Source of the DNA: Candidatus Sulfotelmatobacter sp.
GTDB taxonomy: Bacteria > Acidobacteriota > Terriglobia > Terriglobales > Acidobacteriaceae
Length of the DNA: 64,000 bases
Direction: 5' to 3'
Assembly (NCBI GenBank): GCA_035277905.1
Contig: DATEJO010000036.1
Span: forward strand, 8,638 to 72,637
Shown here in pieces: positions 58,087 through 64,000 of the stretch. The position numbers and the translations under genes were made by a program. Position 1 is the stretch's first letter. Every line of letters starts with the position of its first letter. Under the pieces are notes generated by a model. That model saw only the letters and a list, made by a program, of their open reading frames with translations, had not been told where the DNA came from and searched no databases.

Positions 58087-58938
58087 CTATGGGTTCGGGT
58101 AAATGTACGCCGGCGAATAGTCCCATAGCCAGGGGTTGTACCAATACGGTGGCCAAGCCCAGAACGGCCCCCATCCTCCCCAGCCCCAGCCCCAGCCCCA
58201 ACCAAGACCCCAGCCGCAGCAACCCCAACCACCGCCCCATCCCCAACCGCCGCCCCAGCCCCAACCATGGCCGTGCCATCCGCCTCGCCATTCTCCATTC
58301 GCGCCGTGGAAGCCGCCACGATTAAAGCCTGTTCCCGATCGGAAATTGTTCGACGCTAGAGTTCCTCCCGACCGTCCCACACCTGTCCGGCCGAAACCGT
58401 GCCAGTTGCCATCGGCAATCGCCGCACGAGATGCACCGAAGCCACCCCGGTTCATTCCGCCCGATCCAGCCCTGCCTGCCGTTCCGACACCGCCGGATCT
58501 CGCGGACATGCTTCCTACGTTGCCGCCTCTCTGAAATGCATGCCATCCAGGCGAGCTATTGCGGAAGCTGCCGCCCCGGTCAAATGCCCATGATCTTGAA
58601 GACCCGGCGCCGCGCATTCCACCGAATGAGCCGCGTCCTCCGCCAAATCCCCGCCCACCATAGCCCGATCCACCCCGATAACCACCGTACGACCCGCGGT
58701 ACCCGCCTCCGTGGTATCCACCGAAAGACCCGCCGTGGTACCCGCCATAGCCGCCACCGTGATATCCCCCAAAGCCGCCTCCGCCGCCATGAAAACCTCC
58801 TCCACCACCGTGGAACCCTCCACCGCCTCCACCATGGCCGCCTCCGCCACGCTGGGCAACGGCTGTTAGGGGCAGACAAATAAGGGAAAGAGAAGCAATT
58901 CCGGCGAGAAGAGTACTCGACCAGGTGGATCTTGGCAT
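58087..58938 (-). CDS. Secreted glycine-rich low-complexity protein (Gly/His/Tyr/Phe N-terminal repeats, Gly/Trp C-terminal repeats)
   Basis: GGAGGA RBS 6 nt upstream of the ATG. Signal peptide ...SLICLPLTAVAQ|RGGGG. Repeats GGGGGFHGGGGGFHGGGGGFGGYHGGGYGGYHGG and GWGWGGGWGWGGGWGCCGWGLGWGWGWGWGGWG, with an aromatic C-terminus PFWAWPPYWYNPWLWDYSPAYIYPNP. Confidence 0.8.
   Translation of the reverse strand: MPRSTWSSTLLAGIASLSLICLPLTAVAQRGGGGHGGGGGGFHGGGGGFHGGGGGFGGYHGGGYGGYHGGSFGGYHGGGYRGSYGGYRGGSGYGGRGFGGGRGSFGGMRGAGSSRSWAFDRGGSFRNSSPGWHAFQRGGNVGSMSARSGGVGTAGRAGSGGMNRGGFGASRAAIADGNWHGFGRTGVGRSGGTLASNNFRSGTGFNRGGFHGANGEWRGGWHGHGWGWGGGWGWGGGWGCCGWGLGWGWGWGWGGWGPFWAWPPYWYNPWLWDYSPAYIYPNP
58177..58268. 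repeat. Degenerate tandem CCCCA(G/A)CC-type repeat tract (encodes the GW repeats on the minus strand)
   Basis: Plus-strand tract cccagccccagccccagccccaaccaagaccccagccgcagcaaccccaaccaccgccccatccccaaccgccgccccagccccaacc, read directly from the sequence. Confidence 0.8.
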
Positions 58939-59065
58939 GACAGGTCCTCCACCTAACTTGGCGGATATGAGCCCTGGGAGGGCAAACCGCCTGTAAGAAT
59001 CTTACTCCCGCGTAAACCCAAGTTCACGCTGGAAGTTGCTGCAAGCACCTACGACGGAAAAGTCT

Positions 59066-59917
59066 TCAACGCTGTTCCGCAATCGAATCCTTCACTCTTG
59101 ACATCTCCTCTGAAGCCTTCTGACGATGAGTTGCGGGCATGGCATTCCCGAAATTCCTGGAAATCGGAACAGCAGCAACGGTTCCCGGCTCCGCCTCGCC
59201 ATACTGCCGTACGAGATTTTCGACCTGCGACCATATGCGGGGGTCGCAATCGCTTTGCACGTGATCGCGAGTAAAGGTTCGGTCGAACCACGACTTCCCC
59301 TCGCATTTCACAGGAGTCTCATGGTAGTCGAAACGATAGTTGCCAAGAATCTCAGTCTTCGACGCGTCAGCCGCCTCGATCATGGAACGCCCATGAATGA
59401 ACCCGTGGGGTTGATAAAAATTTACGGCGGCCTCCACGTTGTCAGGAATTACGCCATCATGCTGCCAAGGCTTGGCGACGCTATCTACTTGAACCGTCAA
59501 CAGAACCGGGATATCCAACCGGTCCAGTTCGCGGGCTAGAAGCACGACGGAAGACGCTCCCCAGCTGTGGCCGAAGAGAATGATGCGCGCCTGCGCCTTT
59601 TCCTCTCTGCTCAGCGTTCCATCGTGATCGCGGTCGAGCAGGCGAAGGATGGCCTTATAAGCGGCCTTACGGTGCCGGTTCTCGAAAACGTGAACGTAGG
59701 AGCCTCCAGGAAGATCTCGGCGGGCTTTCGCAGCGAGCTTGACCGGGCCCTGGTTCGGATTAGTGCGGCGGACAAAGCCACCAACGAAACCGACAACGAT
59801 GTACCGTGGAGTAGAAGTTGCCGCTACGCCAGCATCAGCCGCAGCCGAGAAAAGTGACGTGACGAGGAATGCAGCGAGCACCGCTACGAATAGTCGAAAT
59901 CGCGTGAACGCAGACAC
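59066..59917 (-). CDS. Secreted alpha/beta-hydrolase (lipase/esterase-like) with EF-hand-like loop
   Basis: Signal peptide (LFVAVLAAFLVTSLFSAAADA), nucleophile elbow GHSWGAS, and a canonical 12-residue EF-hand-type loop DRDHDGTLSREE immediately upstream of it. Confidence 0.8.
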   Translation of the reverse strand: MSAFTRFRLFVAVLAAFLVTSLFSAAADAGVAATSTPRYIVVGFVGGFVRRTNPNQGPVKLAAKARRDLPGGSYVHVFENRHRKAAYKAILRLLDRDHDGTLSREEKAQARIILFGHSWGASSVVLLARELDRLDIPVLLTVQVDSVAKPWQHDGVIPDNVEAAVNFYQPHGFIHGRSMIEAADASKTEILGNYRFDYHETPVKCEGKSWFDRTFTRDHVQSDCDPRIWSQVENLVRQYGEAEPGTVAAVPISRNFGNAMPATHRQKASEEMSRVKDSIAEQR

Positions 59918-60079
59918 GCGGCGCTCCTTGCTTTTGTGAGATGTTTGAGCCGGAACCCAGGTTGCGGAAAAATTCGCGAATCCAGCCAGCCATGAATTTG
60001 CGAGATCAAAGAGAACCCAAAGCCGCTCCCACTGCGGCTTTTGCCCTGTCCAGCCCGGACGACAGTCTACACCCGCTTG

Positions 60080-60733
60080 TCAAATCGGAGGGATATTTTT
60101 GGGTCCCGAGACAAATCGATTCCCCCGCAATAGGTACCGCAGCGGATGCGATGCCGCCTTCGTGATACCGATTCGGGCGGTTACGGCAATATTCCGGGCA
60201 GGATAGCCGTCATCCCCGATCCAAAGGCTTTCTTTAGGCGACGTCAGGTCGCGGCCATTATCGCGCGCCCGGGTGATGCAGAATGCTTCGGACAGCCGCC
60301 CCGGCCCGCTCGTCAGCTTGATGAGATCTTTCTCACTGGCGATTGTGGCCCTACGGGCCTTGGCCATTTCTTCAACACCCGACAACGGCTCCAGCGCCCG
60401 GAAAAGCACACCTCCCGCGCGACCCTCGGGCTCGCAAGAGACATTCAAACAGTAGTGATTGCCGTAGATGAAATAGATGTACGCGTATCCTGGCGGACCG
60501 AAAAGCACTTCATTTCGCGGCGTCTTCCCCGCAGCCGAGTGTGCCGCTGGATCATCTTCCCCAAGATAGGCTTCGACCTCTACGATCCGCCCTGTCAGAA
60601 GGTGCTTGCCTGTGTCACGAACCAGGACTTTTCCAAGGAGGTCTCGCGCGACGCGCTGGGGATTGCGCGCGTAGAATGCGCGATCAAGCGGACGAATTTG
60701 GGTCGCCGCAGGAAAGTTCCGCCGGACAGGCAT
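60080..60733 (-). CDS. mpg: DNA-3-methyladenine glycosylase (Mpg/AAG family)
   Basis: ...VARDLLGKVLV...GRIVEVEAYLGEDDPAAHSAAGKTPRNEVLFGPPGYAYIYFIYGNHYCLNV... is the hallmark AAG-family sequence. Confidence 0.9.
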   Translation of the reverse strand: MPVRRNFPAATQIRPLDRAFYARNPQRVARDLLGKVLVRDTGKHLLTGRIVEVEAYLGEDDPAAHSAAGKTPRNEVLFGPPGYAYIYFIYGNHYCLNVSCEPEGRAGGVLFRALEPLSGVEEMAKARRATIASEKDLIKLTSGPGRLSEAFCITRARDNGRDLTSPKESLWIGDDGYPARNIAVTARIGITKAASHPLRYLLRGNRFVSGPKNIPPI

Positions 60734-60780
60734 GCAGCAGAATCTTACATGCTACGGAGCGAAGCAGCGTCGAAGGCAAG

Positions 60781-61350
60781 TTAAATCGGCTTCGCTTGCG
60801 TGTTCCGGGCGGCTGTCACGTTCGATGGATCGTCGCTGAACGACTTGCCTGGCTCGAACGCGAGCTTTTCGTGCTTACTTCCGACCTTTCGGATCACGTC
60901 GTGCCAGCCATCGTCCCAGGCGATTCGCGCCTCACCATCCACCAATGTCCAGGTGCCATGCTCCGCGCCGATGCTCTTCCTGGCGCTGCCGTTTGCCTCG
61001 AGAACGATGTAGAAGTTACTGCCGTTGCCCTGGCCAACCTCCCACTTTCCAAAGAAATGAGAACGGCTTGGCGCTATGTCGCTCATGCCAGAATCGCTGA
61101 ACTCGATACTTTCGATTGCAGCCGTGATTTTTTCGCGGTGGCCGTCCTTGTACATAATCGTCGCCGGCGCCTTCAGATCAATGCGGGCAATCTGATCTGT
61201 GGCCAGACTCTGATGATGCCCGTCCTTGTACGTAATCACGACAGAGTCACGGTCATCAGCGGAAGCAACTTGAGTTGCGATGACAGCCCCGAACGCGAGC
61301 AGAAAGATAGCGAAAAAACCTACAGACCGAACAGGAATAAGACCACGCAT
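60781..61350 (-). CDS. Hypothetical secreted protein with internal YKDGH duplication
   Basis: GGAGG 5 nt upstream of the ATG at 61348-61350. Signal-like MRGLIPVRSVGFFAIFLLAFGAVIATQVASA. Two similar segments: VITYKDGHHQSLATDQIARIDL and TIMYKDGHREKITAAIESIEF. Confidence 0.6.
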   Translation of the reverse strand: MRGLIPVRSVGFFAIFLLAFGAVIATQVASADDRDSVVITYKDGHHQSLATDQIARIDLKAPATIMYKDGHREKITAAIESIEFSDSGMSDIAPSRSHFFGKWEVGQGNGSNFYIVLEANGSARKSIGAEHGTWTLVDGEARIAWDDGWHDVIRKVGSKHEKLAFEPGKSFSDDPSNVTAARNTQAKPI

Positions 61351-61492
61351 AACGTCCTCCCGGACTGCGGAAGATACACCTTCCCAAGGAATGATACGCC
61401 TAACACCTGGGGTTAGTTCCGTCTGCAATTCGCGGGAGTCGCGCGCGTAATAAGTCCCGGCCCCCTCCTATTGGAGCTGCCCACCGAGAGAT

Positions 61493-61966
61493 TTACGCCG
61501 CCCCTTTGCCTGCCTCTTTCAGATACTTAAGCACTTCCTCGGCATGTCCCTCCGGCTTCACCTTCTCGAACACGTGCTCGATTTTGCCATCCGGCCCAAT
61601 CACGAACGTCGTTCGTGCCACCCCCATCACCTTCTTGCCGTACATGTTCTTTTCCTTCATGACTCCGAACGCGTTGGCCACTTTCTTGTCGGCATCGGCC
61701 AGCAGGCTGAACGGCAGATCGTACTTTTCCTGGAATTTCTTCTGAGCTTTCGGGGTATCCGGGGAGATCCCAAGCAGCACCGCGCCCGTCTTCTGCATCT
61801 TTTTGTATGTGTCGCGGAACCCGCGAGCTTCAATCGTTCAACCGGGAGTGTCGGCGCGCGGAAAAAAGTAGAGCACCACGGCCTTGCCGCGCAAGTCCTT
61901 CAGCGCGACTTCTTTTCCGTTCTCATCCTGCAAAGTAAAGTCAGGAGCTTTATCATTGACGTTCAT
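61493..61966 (-). CDS. bcp: Peroxiredoxin (Bcp/PrxQ type) with in-frame TGA at the peroxidatic Cys position: candidate selenoprotein (alternative: pseudogene)
   Basis: ORF-track ORFs 61838..62083 and 61493..61798 are in the same frame, separated only by the TGA at 61838-61840. The joined product reads ...VVLYFFPRADTPG[TGA]TIEARGFRDTYKKMQKTGAVLLGISPD..., so the stop sits where Prx has PGCT. GGAGA RBS lies upstream of the ATG at 61964-61966 (MNVNDKAPDFTL...). Confidence 0.6.
61812..61826 (-). promoter_or_regulatory. Candidate bacterial SECIS hairpin downstream of the in-frame UGA
   Basis: mRNA: UGA-ACGAUUGAAGC-UCGCGG-GUU-CCGCGA. This is a 6-bp G/C-rich stem starting 11 nt after the UGA, with an apical loop beginning GU about 17 nt after the UGA. 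Confidence 0.4.
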
Positions 61967-61970
61967 GGGA

Positions 61971-63572
61971 ATGTCTCCGGGAAAATCGAAGGCGGGCATC
62001 AAGTATTCTGCTGTCCCCAGGCACCGCTCCGTTCCAAGGATTTTACACCGGCGGATTTCCTTCACTCGCCTCGCGTTTTCCACCCTCTTAGCGTGCTTCC
62101 TATGCTCCAGTTTTTACACGGTCGCGCAGGAGGAGCGCCCAGAAATCACTCCGCTCGAACGCAAACTCCAAAAGAAAAAAGACAAAGGTCCCCGCGCCGT
62201 CGCATTGCTCCAGATGTCCGATAAGGGCAAGTCATCCTTGATTCCGATCGCCATTCTGATCAACGGCAGATTCTGGGATGCCTCCTCGTACAAGGCCGAC
62301 CCAGTCCCGATGGCGCTCGATTCCGGCACAATCTATGAAGCAGAGCAATCCGGAAATTCTCTCGGACTGTTCACGGTTGGTAATGCGCTGCATAGCAACG
62401 CCGCCAACGCCCCGACTCCATGGCTGGGCACCGGCACCTTCCTCGCGAACGGCGCCGAAGCACCGACCAGAGGGGTTAAGGCCGAATCGACTCCGATCGG
62501 ACTGGAGGATACCGACGCGCCTCCCCGTCTCAGCCGTGACAACGGCAAGAATAGCCCCTCCACTGCTCCGAGCTCGACCAACGCTCCAGCTTCGACGCAG
62601 CCGGCCTCCAAGCCCGCCAGTTCGGGCGATAGCGATGCGCCACCGCGCCTGACCAAGAGTGCTCCGCCGCCATCGACGGACCCAAACTCAACTCAGCAAA
62701 CAAACAATTCGCCTCAGACTACGTCCGGCAGCTCAAAGCCAGCCGACTCCAAACCAGGCGATACAAAATCGGCTGCCAAGCCCGACACCCAGCCCAAGAT
62801 CCCGGCCTCGGATAGCGGCACACCCGAATCCGGTCGTCCAATTCTGCGGCGAGGCAAGCCGGCCGAGTCATTCGCAGATGAGGACGTTCCCGGCTACAGC
62901 AAACCCGGCAGAAGTCCCTCGGCCGCCGCCGCCGAGAGAGTAGTCGACCCTGCCGATCCCATGACCAATATCAAGCTCATTCCGGCGATTTCAGATGCCG
63001 GCGGTCCCACGCCGCACTCCTACAATTTCGAATGGCTCAAGGGAGAAGAAGGCGACCGCCAGAAGCAGATGATGCAGATGGCGAAAGATCAGCTTCACGC
63101 GTACCTCGCCGCCCTGAAAAAAGAGACGATCGCTCCAAAGTCCGCCCACTCTGCCGCAAGCCACCGCGCGTCCAAGCCCGCGGAACCTATCTTCGAGAAT
63201 GTGAAGATGGTCGCCTACGATCTCTGGAATGCGAACATCCCGATCGTAGTTTTCAGCGCCACGGCCCATATGCCGCCGCCAGCTGCTGGCACCGCGCATT
63301 CAGAGATCGAGTCGAATCAACAGTACTCAATCGTGCTAGTCGCCTTCCCTGATATCTACCAGAACCTGCACAAGCTTTACTCCGGAGTGACGGACCGCTT
63401 TCACCTCGACGTAACGCCGTGGCTCGATCTCATCGACGCGGTGGACGCCGACGGCGACGGTCAGGGCGAACTGCTTTTCCGGGAGACCTCCGATTCGGGC
63501 ACCGGATGGGTCATCTACCGTGCAACCGCCGACAAGCTATGGAAAATGTACGACAGCCTGAGCCTGCAATAG
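61971..63572 (+). CDS. Hypothetical secreted protein with Pro/Ser/Thr-rich linker (start uncertain)
   Basis: Signal-peptide-like ILHRRISFTRLAFSTLLACFLCSSFYTVAQ|EE. Central low-complexity region with two DAPPRL motifs. C-terminal DADGDGQGELLF motif. The only in-frame ATG/GTG/TTG codons upstream of the signal peptide are ATGs at 61884, 61965 and 61971, all abutting or overlapping the divergent bcp gene. Confidence 0.65.
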   Translation: MSPGKSKAGIKYSAVPRHRSVPRILHRRISFTRLAFSTLLACFLCSSFYTVAQEERPEITPLERKLQKKKDKGPRAVALLQMSDKGKSSLIPIAILINGRFWDASSYKADPVPMALDSGTIYEAEQSGNSLGLFTVGNALHSNAANAPTPWLGTGTFLANGAEAPTRGVKAESTPIGLEDTDAPPRLSRDNGKNSPSTAPSSTNAPASTQPASKPASSGDSDAPPRLTKSAPPPSTDPNSTQQTNNSPQTTSGSSKPADSKPGDTKSAAKPDTQPKIPASDSGTPESGRPILRRGKPAESFADEDVPGYSKPGRSPSAAAAERVVDPADPMTNIKLIPAISDAGGPTPHSYNFEWLKGEEGDRQKQMMQMAKDQLHAYLAALKKETIAPKSAHSAASHRASKPAEPIFENVKMVAYDLWNANIPIVVFSATAHMPPPAAGTAHSEIESNQQYSIVLVAFPDIYQNLHKLYSGVTDRFHLDVTPWLDLIDAVDADGDGQGELLFRETSDSGTGWVIYRATADKLWKMYDSLSLQ

Positions 63573-63795
63573 TTCCCGCATCTCGATACGTTTTTCCTTC
63601 CCTTTTCTCATCCCGCTGTGATAATCCCAATAGCGAGCGGCCTGTGCGTGCAGTCCTTGCAGGCTGCACCGAACGTCGTGCTATAATCGCCCGCCGTTCC
63701 AGCAAAGAAGTCTCGGTGGTCTTTTAAATTTCTCTCGTGCCCGCAGCCAGGGCGCGCTGTCCAGCCCCCGGCCGCCACTGAAATCAGGAGGAGCA

Positions 63796-64000
63796 ATGAC
63801 GTTCTACGACCCCACGCTCTACGGACGTGACGAAGACGAAGAATTCGGCGACAGCGGCGCTTACAGCGACTCGCTCGAAGAAGATTTCGAAGAGGAAGAA
63901 GAAGAGGAGGAAGAGCCCGGAATGGGCGCTCCGGAAGCAATGGAACCCGAGCCCGTCTCGGCGCCCGCGCCTCCGGCCCCCAAACCCGCGCCTCCGGCCC
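63796..64000 (+). CDS. Hypothetical highly acidic protein, N-terminal part (3' end outside window)
   Basis: GGAGGAG RBS 5 nt upstream of the ATG at 63796. Open to the window edge: MTFYDPTLYGRDEDEEFGDSGAYSDSLEEDFEEEEEEEEEPG...APAPPAPKPAPPA. An extended -10-like TGCTATAAT lies at about 63677-63685 upstream. Confidence 0.5.
   Translation, partial: MTFYDPTLYGRDEDEEFGDSGAYSDSLEEDFEEEEEEEEEPGMGAPEAMEPEPVSAPAPPAPKPAPPA

Noticed and set aside
58136-58534. A plus-strand Pro-rich 132-aa ORF (PPQPQPQPQPRPQP...) and other overlapping frames in the glycine-rich gene region. The repeat tract was also considered as a CRISPR or other non-coding array.
   Set aside because: The Pro-rich frame is the mirror image of GGN/TGG codons on the minus strand. 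The minus-strand frame has an RBS, a signal peptide and a full-length ORF. The repeats are short, degenerate and contiguous with no spacers, so this is not a CRISPR array.
61493-62083. Treating the split peroxiredoxin as a simple pseudogene or as two separate small genes.
   Set aside because: There is only one disruption, a TGA at the catalytic Cys codon, with an intact frame, RBS and downstream hairpin. The pseudogene explanation remains the stated alternative if the genome lacks sel genes.

Overview
This is a 64-kb chromosomal window, densely coding on both strands with about 65 protein genes, and moderately GC-rich by eye (GC not computed). The protein repertoire includes many secreted or low-complexity proteins, a Hanks-type kinase and a very large secreted glycoside hydrolase. 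It resembles a soil Gram-negative, possibly Acidobacteriota, but that is inference from memory only. I found no rRNA, tRNA, CRISPR array, transposase or integrase.

Housekeeping blocks:
- purS-glmS
- dnaK ... dnaJ
- mfd
- ilvC-ilvB-small subunit, then a terminator, then ilvD
- panB ... panC
- a sugar-utilisation locus (secreted GH, GluP/FucP-type symporter, LacI regulator, MFS)

Most notable observations:
1. A translationally coupled minus-strand operon (30347-33784) encodes an HprK-like kinase, PqqD, a radical SAM/SPASM protein and a PF14907-like nucleotidyltransferase. It looks like a RiPP/peptide-modification system with no lasso cyclase or protease and no annotated precursor.
2. A Bcp-type peroxiredoxin is split in the ORF track only by an in-frame TGA exactly at the peroxidatic Cys position, followed by a hairpin. 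This makes it a candidate selenoprotein.
3. A complete legionaminic-acid-type nonulosonic-acid pathway lies at 36922-44000.
4. A terminator, a mini-ORF and a hicBA toxin-antitoxin pair sit between dnaK and dnaJ.
5. A secreted Gly/His/Tyr/Trp low-complexity protein is encoded on a tandem-repeat DNA tract.
6. A structured leader with a 12-bp closing helix precedes an APC permease.
7. A perfect 14-bp palindrome lies just downstream of the predicted ilvC promoter, facing a divergent TetR gene.

All functional calls rest on motif recognition and recollection of protein families. No database search was run.
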